Assembly: GCA_022822855.1 (NCBI GenBank)
Contig: JAJDYG010000040.1
Location: 88,556-152,555 of the forward strand
Origin: Dehalococcoidia bacterium
Lineage (GTDB): Bacteria > Chloroflexota > Dehalococcoidia > Bin125
Length of the DNA: 64,000 nucleotides
Direction: 5' to 3'
Shown here: positions 1-8,770 of the stretch, piece after piece
Position numbering within the stretch: the stretch's first letter is position 1
Layout: each line of letters opens with the position of its first letter
Notes under the pieces: generated by a model
Told to the model about the DNA's origin: nothing
The model's database searches: none
What the model saw: only the letters and a program-made list of their open reading frames with translations
Program-made: the position numbers and the translations under genes

Positions 1-1123
1 GGATCCGCCAGGGCACACGCTCCTGGTACTCCGCCCACTTCTCCTCGCCGTATTTCTCCGCGCACGCCCGGTCGTCCTCGACCTGACGCCAGGTGAACAG
101 GCTGACGATCACGATCATGTACGTCCAGGCCCAGAAGTTGCCGAAGTGCCCGAACGACAGCGCTACCGCCAGCGCGAAGAAGCCCTCGCCCAGGTAGTTG
201 AAGTGCCGCGCCACGCCCCACAGCCCGCTCGTCAGGATCTTCCGCTCGCCCGCCTCGATGTACACCGGCTCAATCAGCCCCAGGAACTTCCGCTCCGGGA
301 ACCGTTTGAACACGTACTTCTGCAGGTTCGCCCCCCGCGAGATCCCCCAGCCGATCAGGAACAGCGCCGGCACGCCGATCAGCCAGAGGTACTTCCAGCC
401 GTCCGAGAATCCCGGGTCCGGCTCGGCCGCCAGCGCCCACAGCGGCAGGATGTACAGCCAGCCATAGATCACCAGCCCGCCCCAGAACAGCTTGAACCCC
501 GTGTTCTCGTGAATCAGGTCGTACGTGTAGAGCTGGACCCGCTCGAAGATGAAGTAGTCCAGCACATAGAACGTGAAGAACGCCGCGTACATGTACACGC
601 CGGGGTTCACCTGCCCCGGGAACTGGTCGTGGTGCCAGATCATCCCCGACAGCGAGTTCAGCGACAGCATCGTCCCGCCGACCACGTAGAACCACATCTT
701 CACATCGATCCGTTCGTTGAAGAACGAATACTCCTGCGTCCGCCCCAGGTAGAACGCGATGATCGGATTCTTCACCTCGCGCTTGGACGACGTGAACATC
801 GCCACCAGCGCAAAGATCGTCGCAAACACCGTCCCCCCGAACACCGACCAGACCGACGCCCGGTAGAACCAGTCGCGCGGCATCCCCGTCACCTCGGTCG
901 CCCAGATGATCACCGCGATCACGTAGACCAGCAGCCCGTTCAGCTTGTAGTTCCGAGGCTCCCCCGTCTCGGCATTGGTCACATATCCCGTCACCCGCCG
1001 GCCGGGCAGGATGGTTTGAGCCACAAAGAACGCGGCGAAGATCACCAGCGGCGTGAAGAACGCCAGGATCTTCTCCGTCGCCGTCAGATCGAATAGGTGC
1101 TCAAGACCAATAGATTCAAGCAT
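1..1123 (-). CDS. ERG4/ERG24-family sterol reductase-like integral membrane protein (delta14-sterol reductase / 7-DHC reductase family). Partial: the C-terminus is cut by the window edge.
   Basis: Minus-strand translation from ATG (plus 'cat' at 1121-1123) reads MLESIGLEHLFDLTATEKILAFF..., multi-TM, with ILTSGLWGVARHFNYLGE (ERG4/ERG24 signature 2-like) and a C-terminal ...RACAEKYGEEKWAEYQERVPWRI tail typical of the family. It is absent from the ORF track because it runs off position 1. Confidence 0.6.
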   Translation of the reverse strand, partial: MLESIGLEHLFDLTATEKILAFFTPLVIFAAFFVAQTILPGRRVTGYVTNAETGEPRNYKLNGLLVYVIAVIIWATEVTGMPRDWFYRASVWSVFGGTVFATIFALVAMFTSSKREVKNPIIAFYLGRTQEYSFFNERIDVKMWFYVVGGTMLSLNSLSGMIWHHDQFPGQVNPGVYMYAAFFTFYVLDYFIFERVQLYTYDLIHENTGFKLFWGGLVIYGWLYILPLWALAAEPDPGFSDGWKYLWLIGVPALFLIGWGISRGANLQKYVFKRFPERKFLGLIEPVYIEAGERKILTSGLWGVARHFNYLGEGFFALAVALSFGHFGNFWAWTYMIVIVSLFTWRQVEDDRACAEKYGEEKWAEYQERVPWRI

Positions 1124-1219
1124 GACCGAGCGCTCCTTCCGCCGGTTGTGCAGTCATTGTCGCGGATCGCAAACGCCTCCGTTTCCTGCCCAGAATCCCT
1201 CAGGCGAAGGAAGCCGAGC

Positions 1220-1651
1220 ATGGCACAGCGCCGCGAGACCTACAGCGGCTTCCTCATCTGGATGCCGATCTGGGTCATCTACCTGCAAGAGTTCCGCGGC
1301 ATAATCCGTCCGATCGCGACCGGCTACATCAACCGCCGCATTCCCTCCGACCAGCGCGCGACCGTCCTCTCCATCTTTCAACTCTCCGCCGGCCTGGTCC
1401 TGGCGATCATGGTGCCCCAGGCCGGCGCGCTGGCCGACGCCGTCGGCTTCCGGGAATCCTTTGGCCTGCTGCTGATCGTCATGATCGGTGCCGGCGGACT
1501 CTTCGCGTTCCTCTGGCGGAGGCTGCACATCCGCGACCAGATGCGCCTTGCGGTCAGGCTGAACTCCATGGCCAAACCTCAAGCGGGTACCGCGCACAAC
1601 CCCACTTCGATGAGATCGGACCCTCAGCCGCAAACGGGTTCGAACGAGTAG
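1220..1651 (+). pseudogene. C-terminal remnant (about 140 aa) of an MFS transporter; probable truncated gene.
   Basis: ORF 1097..1651 has a non-membrane N-terminus that overlaps the start of the sterol reductase gene. From MAQRRETYSGFLIWMPIWVIY... onward it resembles the last two TM helices of an MFS permease (RATVLSIFQLSAGLVLAIM..., LLLIVMIGAGGLFAFLWRRL). No upstream remainder of the transporter is present. Confidence 0.3.
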
Positions 1652-3666
1652 TTCCGCGTCTGCAGATGGGCCAGAGCCAGCTCCAGCCCCTCGACCGTTT
1701 GACTGCGGTCCCCGCCGCCGTCGTGCAACACGACCACCGCATTGGGCGCCGCCCCGCCGACGATCCGGTCCGCAATCGTCAGTGCGCCGGGTCGCGCCCA
1801 GTCGCGGGGCCTGACGTTGCCCATGATGACTTTCAAGCCCAGTTGGGCAGCGCGCTCATAGGTCTCGTCGTCGGCGCGGTAGTAGGGAGGCCGGATGCAT
1901 GGAGTCGCATATTCACCCAGAGCCTGTTGCGTGCGCAGCACGGTCTCCTCGAACTCTTCCGCAGACAGCGTGTCGAGCGCGACATGATCCCAGGTGTGGT
2001 TCGCCAGCGTGTGACCCTCACGGACGATGCGCTGAATCAGATCGGGATAGAGCGTAGCGCTCTCCCCCGTCACGAAGAACGTGGCCCGCGCTCCGTACCA
2101 GGAGAGGATGTCGAGAATCCTGGGCGTGTACGTCGGGTGCGGTCCGTCATCGAACGTCAGGTAGACGACCGCTGGCGGGATGCTGAAATCCGTCGGATTG
2201 GCGATCCGGTAGAGGTCGTCAAGGCAACCCATCCCCCCACCACCACACGGGCCGCCCGGATCAAGCTTGAGGTCGATCGCCGCCGCCGATTCGGGAGCGA
2301 GCATCAGCTCCCAGAGGTCGCTTCGCCCTTCGACACGGCGCAGCTCGGTCAACGCTCCGCCGGTCGCCTGGATCGCGCGCTGCTTCAGCGACTGAGCGTT
2401 GGTCAGCAGCGGTTCGCTCAGATGCATGCGAACCGGAACCAGGTGAGAGCCGCTGTGAAAGTCAGTTCCCGCAACGAACCGCGCCTCGATCGGCGGTCCG
2501 AGAATGACCGCCTCCGGCTGATTGGAGAGACGGAGCTTGTGCTGCGTACAGATCGATCCCGGAAGCCCGCAGCCGGGAGCACTCTGCAGCCGAATCCGCA
2601 CGCTGCGCCGGCCGTCGGGCGCGATCCTGATTTCCCAGAGGTCGCGACGGCCGTCGACCGGTCGCATCGATGTCACCGTGCCTGCGCTGATCTTCAGGGC
2701 GTTCTTGCGTAGCAATCCGCCATCGATGGCGGTCGGTTCGCTGAACCGGAGGAACACCGAGAACTGCTCGCCGGAGTGGCGCGGCGGCACCTCTTCGAAG
2801 ACGGCAGTCAGAGGCTGCACCGATCGCAACAGATCCTCACCGACTGACGGCGAAGAGTTCCTGCTCAGACTGATACTCAGCGCCGAGTGACTGCCCGCCA
2901 CCCAATCCACATCGGCATCGATCCAGACGAACTTCTCGCCTTGCTCGGTCTTCAAGCGGACGCTGTCACAGGCCGAGAGGCTGGTGACGTTGCCGCTTTC
3001 GGAGTTGTGAACTGCCAGAGTGAACTCCTCCGGGATGCTGCCGGGATGTTGCAGCGCAAGAGAGAAGCCATCGCTCGCTTGCAACGCTTGAACGATCCTG
3101 AACTGTTGCTGCTCGAGTTTGAACTCGTTGGGAGACAGCAGACCGACATTGGCGGCCAGGGAGTAACCATGCTCCCCCGCGCGATGTCGGGTCGTGCCTA
3201 CCGTTAGCATTCCCGACCAGACAACGACGGGCTCCTGCGCCGCGATCCGGTGATTGATGTTCCTGCCGAGGTTCAACGAACCGTCGGCGCTGTGAGCGCT
3301 CACCTTGCGTCCGTAGCCTGACCAGTCTGATGAACTTCCACAGCCGAGAGCCCTGACTCGGAACGTACCAATCAAGGCGCCAGCGGTTTGTTTCCTGACA
3401 ATTGCCTGTGAACCGAAGTACTCAACCTCGACGTCCAAGTCGCTATCTGGCAGGTCTCGCCAGCCCGTGGGATGCCAGAGCTGTAACTCGTAACGATCGG
3501 CGCCGGGAATGTCGTTCCAGTCGACCTGGACCTGTCGGTCGTGCCATTGTTGGACCACGGGTGCGTGCGGCACTTGAAGCGTGCCGAGCGGCGAGGCGAG
3601 TTGTAGGTTCAGATTGACGAGGAGCAAGACTCCCGCCAGCGCCAGCGCTCCACCGGATATGAACAT
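1624..3666 (-). CDS. Membrane-anchored secreted protein: N-terminal TM/signal, Fn3-like domain, two internal ~35-aa repeats, and a C-terminal polysaccharide deacetylase (NodB/CE4) domain.
   Basis: Start placed at the internal ATG (3666) giving MFISGGALALAGVLLLVNL (hydrophobic anchor). DWNDIPGADRYELQLW is Fn3-like. The C-terminus VVYLTFDDGPHPTYTPRILDIL...HTWDH...VVLHDGGG carries the NodB-homology motifs. The upstream 3667..3960 extension is low-complexity and unlikely to be coding. Confidence 0.7.
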   Translation of the reverse strand: MFISGGALALAGVLLLVNLNLQLASPLGTLQVPHAPVVQQWHDRQVQVDWNDIPGADRYELQLWHPTGWRDLPDSDLDVEVEYFGSQAIVRKQTAGALIGTFRVRALGCGSSSDWSGYGRKVSAHSADGSLNLGRNINHRIAAQEPVVVWSGMLTVGTTRHRAGEHGYSLAANVGLLSPNEFKLEQQQFRIVQALQASDGFSLALQHPGSIPEEFTLAVHNSESGNVTSLSACDSVRLKTEQGEKFVWIDADVDWVAGSHSALSISLSRNSSPSVGEDLLRSVQPLTAVFEEVPPRHSGEQFSVFLRFSEPTAIDGGLLRKNALKISAGTVTSMRPVDGRRDLWEIRIAPDGRRSVRIRLQSAPGCGLPGSICTQHKLRLSNQPEAVILGPPIEARFVAGTDFHSGSHLVPVRMHLSEPLLTNAQSLKQRAIQATGGALTELRRVEGRSDLWELMLAPESAAAIDLKLDPGGPCGGGGMGCLDDLYRIANPTDFSIPPAVVYLTFDDGPHPTYTPRILDILSWYGARATFFVTGESATLYPDLIQRIVREGHTLANHTWDHVALDTLSAEEFEETVLRTQQALGEYATPCIRPPYYRADDETYERAAQLGLKVIMGNVRPRDWARPGALTIADRIVGGAAPNAVVVLHDGGGDRSQTVEGLELALAHLQTRNYSFEPVCG

Positions 3667-3833
3667 GTGGTCATGCCTGCACGGCTGGACAGTTACTTCC
3701 CGCGATCGCGCTGCGCTTGGGAGGCGCAACTGTCTCTTGTCATAATGTGATAATGGTAAAGCAACGGGGACGGCAAGGCCAACCCGAGGCGGGCGGCCTT
3801 GCGCCACTGTTGGCGACCGGCGGAGACCGGGTA

Positions 3834-4349
3834 CTACTCGCGGAGGCGAGCGTAGATCAGGCGGTCGATGATCTCCCCATCCTTGCTGACCGACTGACGC
3901 AGGCGGGCCTCCCGCCGATAACCGGCCTTCTCCAGGACGCGGCATGACGCCGGATTCCACTCGAATACCCCGGCGTCGATCCTGACCAGGTCGAAACGCT
4001 CAAAGGCGTAATCGGTCAGGGCCGACAGTGCCGCCGTGGCGATGCCGCGGCCCCAGTATGGCTCGCCCAGCCAGTAGCCGATCTCGGCGGAGCGGCGGAA
4101 GACGTCATCGCGCAGTTTGAGACCGATCCCACCAATCACTTCGGTCCCCGAGGCGATGGCGAAGTTCCGTTCGGGCGACTCCTGCCGGGTCATGGCGATC
4201 CAGCCATTGGCGTCGGCCATTGTGTAGGGATTAGGGAACCCCTCGTTCATGTTGCGCCAGATCTTGCGATTGTCGGCTGCGGCAGCCAGAGACTCTGCGT
4301 CGTCCGGGCGGTAGCTGCGGATTTGCCAATCGCCAATGTCGATGCGCAT
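3834..4349 (-). CDS. GNAT family N-acetyltransferase (RimJ/RimL-like)
   Basis: 171 aa; IGYWLGEPYWGRGIATAALSALTDYAFERFDLVRIDAGVFEWNPASCRVLEKAGYRREARLR is a typical GNAT acetyl-CoA binding core. Confidence 0.8.
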   Translation of the reverse strand: MRIDIGDWQIRSYRPDDAESLAAAADNRKIWRNMNEGFPNPYTMADANGWIAMTRQESPERNFAIASGTEVIGGIGLKLRDDVFRRSAEIGYWLGEPYWGRGIATAALSALTDYAFERFDLVRIDAGVFEWNPASCRVLEKAGYRREARLRQSVSKDGEIIDRLIYARLRE

Positions 4350-4736
4350 TACGAGTTCCTCTCAAACCGATGGGGCGTTGAACAGCTTGGAACTGGGGGA
4401 GATTTGTCCTGATCCGTCGGATTTGCATCCGTGGCTTGAGAACTGGCCAGCCAGGTGTTCAGGTTTGCCCAGATTTGTCCGGATCGGTCCGGACTTCGCC
4501 AGTTTCGGTGTGTGTTTCTCGGCGTGCCGCGAGGAAATGCGAGGGTCGTTCCAGGCGCTTGCGGTGTGCATGCCAGGTTCCGGCCCGTTGGAGGTTGGCG
4601 TTGACGCCATAGAGCATATGCGGGCAAAGGTGCTGGCGGCGGCGGGCGATTGATTGCGGGTGTCGGAGGAGACCATCGGCCTTGCGGAGCGCGTATCGGG
4701 GTAGAATCGCCGACTGGGGTGGCGCATGGCAGATCG

Positions 4737-6413
4737 ATGACCCTGACGAGACGGACCATCTGCGCGGCCCTGCTGCTGGCAACCGCGATCATCCTCGCCC
4801 AGAGCGTCCACGCCGGCATGGATACCAAATCTCCCTCGCCGGAGCCGGCGGCCGCCGCCGGATTGTCGGTCCCGGTCGCCGAGCATGAGCTCTGCGACTG
4901 GGAGGCGGCAGCGGCGAGCGGATGGTTCTCGGATCGGCCGTTCCCCTGCTCGCGGATGGTCGTGGTCGCGCGGTGGGCGGCGATCACGGATCAACGCCGA
5001 GACGTGCTCGATCTGACCTACGGTGAGGTGCGACGAATTCTGCGCGGACAGATCGTCGATTGGTCGGAACTCGGCGGCAGTGCGCAGGCGATCACGGTCA
5101 TCCTGCCGGCCTCGCAGGTCTCGCTGATCGGCGCGGCCCTGAGGATTCCCTTATCTGACCTAGCGGCAGAGCTGGCGCCTGCCGAGGAACTGATTGATAG
5201 AGTCGCGTCGACGCCCGGCGCCTTCGCGCTGATTGAGCCTGAACTGCTTGCGCTGGGCGTGCTGGCGCTAACCGTGGATCGGCACGATCCTTACCAGGAT
5301 CCGGCCCGCCAGTCCCCGCTGCGCCTCCTGCGCTGGGTCCGGGCGCGTACCACCTCGGAGGCGATTGGAACGCTCGCTCATGGCGGGGTTCGCATCGCTC
5401 AGGGATTCGACCCTGTCGGGATGGCGATGACCGGCGAGTTGATCCCGGTGCGCTGCGCCAACCATGTGATGGCGATTCTGGACGACTACGAGGGGATGTT
5501 CGACGGCGTGCGCGACGTGCTAGTCGAAGCCGACATTGCGGTCGCGCCGCTGGAGCATCCGTTGACCGCCAATGAAGAGTTGACGCCGTGCGTGGAGACG
5601 GTTGTCTTTACCGGCAGTCATCGGGCGGTTCCCGCCATGGCGAACGCCGGACTCGATGTGGTGCTGACGGTCGGCAATCACATGATGGACTGCTGGGGCG
5701 GCTGCTCGGGCGTGGCGGCGCTGTATGAGACGCTCGACCGGCTGCACGAGGCGGGGATTGTCACGGCCGGGGCCGGTGAGAACCTCAAGGCCGCTCGCAG
5801 GCCTGCGCTGGTCGAGGTCGGCACCGAGCAGGGCGGGGTGACGTTCGCTTTCCTCGGCTACGACATCATCGCCCCCTGGTATCACGCCGAGACCGACCAA
5901 CCGGGCACGGCTCCGCTGGAGGCGGAGTTTGTGCGACGGGACGTGAGCGCAGCGAGCAGGTCGGCGGATCACGTGCTGGTCGGCGTGAACTGGGGCATCG
6001 AGTACGTCGCCCATCCCGTCGCCTATCAGCGCGACCTGGGCGGCGTCGCGATGGAGGCGGGCGCGACGTTCCTGTTCGGCAATCATCCGCACTGGGTCCA
6101 GGCGATCGAGCACTTTGGTGATCAGATGGTCGCGTATTCCTTCGGCAACTTCATCTTCGACCAGAACTGGTCGATTGAAACGACGCAGGGGATGCTGATG
6201 GAGCTCGGCTTCAGCAAGGATCGACTGCTCGGCTATCGCGTTCGCCCGGTGGTGGTCCGCGCTCATTCGAGGGAGCTGCCCTGGCTTTACCGTCCGGAAT
6301 TCGTCGACCCCGCCGGCGAGGGACGGCCGATCATGGATCGGATCTGGAACGCCACGGATCGGTTGCCGACCCGGCCCGCTGCTGCGGCTACCATCCCTGA
6401 GAACGAGGACTAG
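4737..6413 (+). CDS. CapA/PGA_cap-family metallophosphatase-fold protein (poly-gamma-glutamate capsule biosynthesis CapA-like) with an N-terminal signal peptide and an extra N-terminal domain.
   Basis: Start placed at ATG 4737 (MTLTRRTICAALLLATAIILAQSVHA, signal-like). CapA hallmarks: VVLTVGNHMMDC, FLGYDIIAPWYHA, FGNHPHWVQAIEHFGDQMVAYSFGNFIFDQNW. Confidence 0.7.
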   Translation: MTLTRRTICAALLLATAIILAQSVHAGMDTKSPSPEPAAAAGLSVPVAEHELCDWEAAAASGWFSDRPFPCSRMVVVARWAAITDQRRDVLDLTYGEVRRILRGQIVDWSELGGSAQAITVILPASQVSLIGAALRIPLSDLAAELAPAEELIDRVASTPGAFALIEPELLALGVLALTVDRHDPYQDPARQSPLRLLRWVRARTTSEAIGTLAHGGVRIAQGFDPVGMAMTGELIPVRCANHVMAILDDYEGMFDGVRDVLVEADIAVAPLEHPLTANEELTPCVETVVFTGSHRAVPAMANAGLDVVLTVGNHMMDCWGGCSGVAALYETLDRLHEAGIVTAGAGENLKAARRPALVEVGTEQGGVTFAFLGYDIIAPWYHAETDQPGTAPLEAEFVRRDVSAASRSADHVLVGVNWGIEYVAHPVAYQRDLGGVAMEAGATFLFGNHPHWVQAIEHFGDQMVAYSFGNFIFDQNWSIETTQGMLMELGFSKDRLLGYRVRPVVVRAHSRELPWLYRPEFVDPAGEGRPIMDRIWNATDRLPTRPAAAATIPENED

Positions 6414-6421
6414 ATCAGGAC

Positions 6422-7339
6422 TTGACCATGCGAATCGAAGACGACAGCGGGATCTCCGACCTGCTGATTGGCGAGGAGACCCGGCTCTGCGGCGGGTTCG
6501 GCTTCATCGAGGGGCCGATCTGGATTGCTGCCGACAATGCTCTCGTGTTTAGCGACATTCCCGGCAATCGGCAGCACATCTGGCGGCCGGGAGAGTCGGA
6601 GGCGTCGGTCTACCGCGAGCCGTCGGGCTGGTCGAACGGCTTAACGCTCGACGCCGACGGCAACCTGCTGGCCTGCGAGCACGGCGGCCGGCGCGTGTCG
6701 AGCGCGCCCTACGGCTCGCCGGGCAGCGAGACATCGCTGGCCGACACCTGGGACGGCAAGCAGCTCAACAGCCCCAACGACCTCGTCGTCCACTCGTCCG
6801 GCGCGATCTTCTTCACTGATCCCGCCTACGGCGTGGATACCGGACGAACACCCCGATTCGGCCAGCAGGGGCAATCGCAGGAGCTCGACTTCCAGGGCGT
6901 CTACCGGATCGATCCCAACGGATCGCTCAGCCTGGTTGTGCCGACCGGATTCTCAAGTCCAAACGGTCTGGCTTTCAATCCGGACGAGTCGCAGCTCTAC
7001 ATCGGCGACTCCCAGGAAGGGCTGATCTGGCGCTATGAGGTCAACGCCGACCTGACGCTGGGCGACCGGATCCTGTTCGTCGACCAGTCGAACGACGACC
7101 GCCTCGGCGCGCCGGACGGGATGAAGGTCGACACGGACGGCCGGCTCTGGACGACCGGAGCGGGCGGCGTCTCGGCGCACGCCGCCGACGGAACCTATCT
7201 CGGCGTGTTCGAGATGGATGAGCACGCGGCCAACCTGACGTTCGGCGGGGACGACTTCTCGACGCTGTACATGACCGCCGGCACCAGCCTGTTCAGCATC
7301 GAGACCACCGTACGCGGCATCGTCCCGGGCTCGCGTTAG
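6422..7339 (+). CDS. SMP-30/gluconolactonase/LRE-like (SGL) beta-propeller hydrolase
   Basis: FIEGPIWIAADNALVFSDIPGNRQHIW, NSPNDLVVHSSGAIFFTDPAYG and PNGLAFNPDESQLYIGDSQ match the SGL family. Confidence 0.75.
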   Translation: MTMRIEDDSGISDLLIGEETRLCGGFGFIEGPIWIAADNALVFSDIPGNRQHIWRPGESEASVYREPSGWSNGLTLDADGNLLACEHGGRRVSSAPYGSPGSETSLADTWDGKQLNSPNDLVVHSSGAIFFTDPAYGVDTGRTPRFGQQGQSQELDFQGVYRIDPNGSLSLVVPTGFSSPNGLAFNPDESQLYIGDSQEGLIWRYEVNADLTLGDRILFVDQSNDDRLGAPDGMKVDTDGRLWTTGAGGVSAHAADGTYLGVFEMDEHAANLTFGGDDFSTLYMTAGTSLFSIETTVRGIVPGSR

Positions 7340-7833
7340 CCACCTGAGCCCGCTTCCCGCAGCACCGACTCGAACACCTCAAGCGTTCGCTTGGTGAAGA
7401 GCCACATGTTCTCTTCTCGATCCTCGATGCCCGTCTCCAGCGTCTCGACGTACTCGGATGGGCCGGCGATGGCGATGCAGGTGTGGCCGGAGGCGTCTCC
7501 GTAGACGTTGCCTCCAGGGCCGGCGGCTCCGGTTTCTCCGATGCCCCAGGTTGCTCCGAGGCGCTGGCGGATCGTCTCGGCGATGATCTTCGCGTACGGC
7601 TCGCTGCTGGAGCGGACTCCGGGGTAGTCGTCGAGGCTAATCCCGGTAAAGACCGAGCGGGCGACTCCGGTGTAGGTGACGGCGGCGCCGGCGTAGTAGC
7701 GCGAGGCACCGGGGATTGAGAGCAACGCGGCCGAGACCAGGCCGCCGGCGGTCGTCTCGCAGATTGCGACGGTTTCTTCTCGTGCTCGGAGGATTTCGGC
7801 GATCGACGCCGCCATCGGTTGCAGTGCTTCCAT
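7336..7833 (-). CDS. CinA C-terminal domain protein (nicotinamide-nucleotide amidohydrolase PncC-like)
   Basis: 165 aa; AICETTAGGLVSAALLSIPGASRYYAGAAVTY matches the CinA C-terminal ESCTGG-type motif. Confidence 0.75.
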   Translation of the reverse strand: MEALQPMAASIAEILRAREETVAICETTAGGLVSAALLSIPGASRYYAGAAVTYTGVARSVFTGISLDDYPGVRSSSEPYAKIIAETIRQRLGATWGIGETGAAGPGGNVYGDASGHTCIAIAGPSEYVETLETGIEDREENMWLFTKRTLEVFESVLREAGSGG

Positions 7834-7927
7834 GCTGTTCGCTCCTCCTCGTGCGCTTGCGCCGTTCCTGTGGCCAATCGTGGTTGCGGCGCAGGCTAGT
7901 GTTCGCTGGCGCTAGCATCGCAGCAAG

Positions 7928-8770
7928 TTGAGTCGTTTGAGGGAGCGTCTGATGAGTACACCAATCCGCGTTCACGTCGTCGCCGGGGGATTTCCGCCGG
8001 GCAAGCATGCCGGACACGACATCGACTACGCGCGCATGCGCATTTTGATGGCCTTGCAATCGAACGAGAACGTCCACACGACCGTGAGCAGCGACTTCAC
8101 CGACTGCCACAAGTGGATCCGCGATGCGCACCTCTTGGTCTGCTACGTCGCCGGCCCGTTCGCGGACGAGTACCAGACCGGTGTGATCCGCGATTGGGTC
8201 GGCGACGGCGGACGCTGGCTGGCACTGCACGGCTCGTCGGGCGGGAAGGCGGAACGGATGGGTCGGGAGGACGGTCGCCGCCGACTGGTCAAGATGGACT
8301 ATCACGAGGCGCTGGGCGGGTTCTTCATGACCCATCCGCCGATCCGCGAGATGGACGTGAAGGTCGCCGACCACAATCATCCGCTGACCTACAACCTGCC
8401 CGCCAGCTTCCCGGTCCAGGATGAGCCCTACATGGTCGAGGTGATCCATTCCGACACGCAGGTGCTGCTGACGACCGAGGACATCGACTCGCCGCCTTAC
8501 GTGGATGAGATTTACGGCGGCGACCTGTCACTGCTGCCCGATGGCAAGTCGCACGCGCTCGGGTTCGCGCGCAAGGTCGGCGAGGGTGAAGTCGCGTACA
8601 TCTCGCCGGGACACTGTCATACGCCGTTGACCAATGGCCAGCAATCCGTTCACGAGAGCATCTCGCCTGACGGCACCGTGCCGCTGCATTTCCGCGGGCC
8701 CTGGGAGACCGAGCCGTACGAGCGGTTGCTCAAGAACGCGATCGATTGGGGCACCGGTGTCAACGGTTAG
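7928..8770 (+). CDS. ThuA-like (trehalose-utilisation) class-I glutamine-amidotransferase-fold protein
   Basis: 280 aa; IRVHVVAGGFPPGKHAGHDID, WLALHGSSGG, FFMTHPPI are ThuA-family features. The true start may be the second ATG (about 7952). Confidence 0.65.
   Translation: MSRLRERLMSTPIRVHVVAGGFPPGKHAGHDIDYARMRILMALQSNENVHTTVSSDFTDCHKWIRDAHLLVCYVAGPFADEYQTGVIRDWVGDGGRWLALHGSSGGKAERMGREDGRRRLVKMDYHEALGGFFMTHPPIREMDVKVADHNHPLTYNLPASFPVQDEPYMVEVIHSDTQVLLTTEDIDSPPYVDEIYGGDLSLLPDGKSHALGFARKVGEGEVAYISPGHCHTPLTNGQQSVHESISPDGTVPLHFRGPWETEPYERLLKNAIDWGTGVNG

Noticed and set aside
1-6. GGATCC (BamHI site) at the first six bases
   Set aside because: Most likely a cloning or assembly boundary of the source fragment, not a biological feature.
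146-1096. 316-aa + strand ORF (MPERQRYRQREE...)
   Set aside because: Antisense shadow of the ERG4/ERG24-like membrane protein gene. R/Q/E-rich with no domain signal.
3667-3960. 98-codon N-terminal extension of the polysaccharide deacetylase ORF
   Set aside because: There is no hydrophobic signal until the internal Met. The region contains an AT-rich promoter-like stretch.
4336-4653. 105-aa ORF in the GNAT/CapA divergent intergenic region
   Set aside because: No RBS and no family resemblance. It overlaps the direct-repeat operator-like region and the likely divergent promoters.
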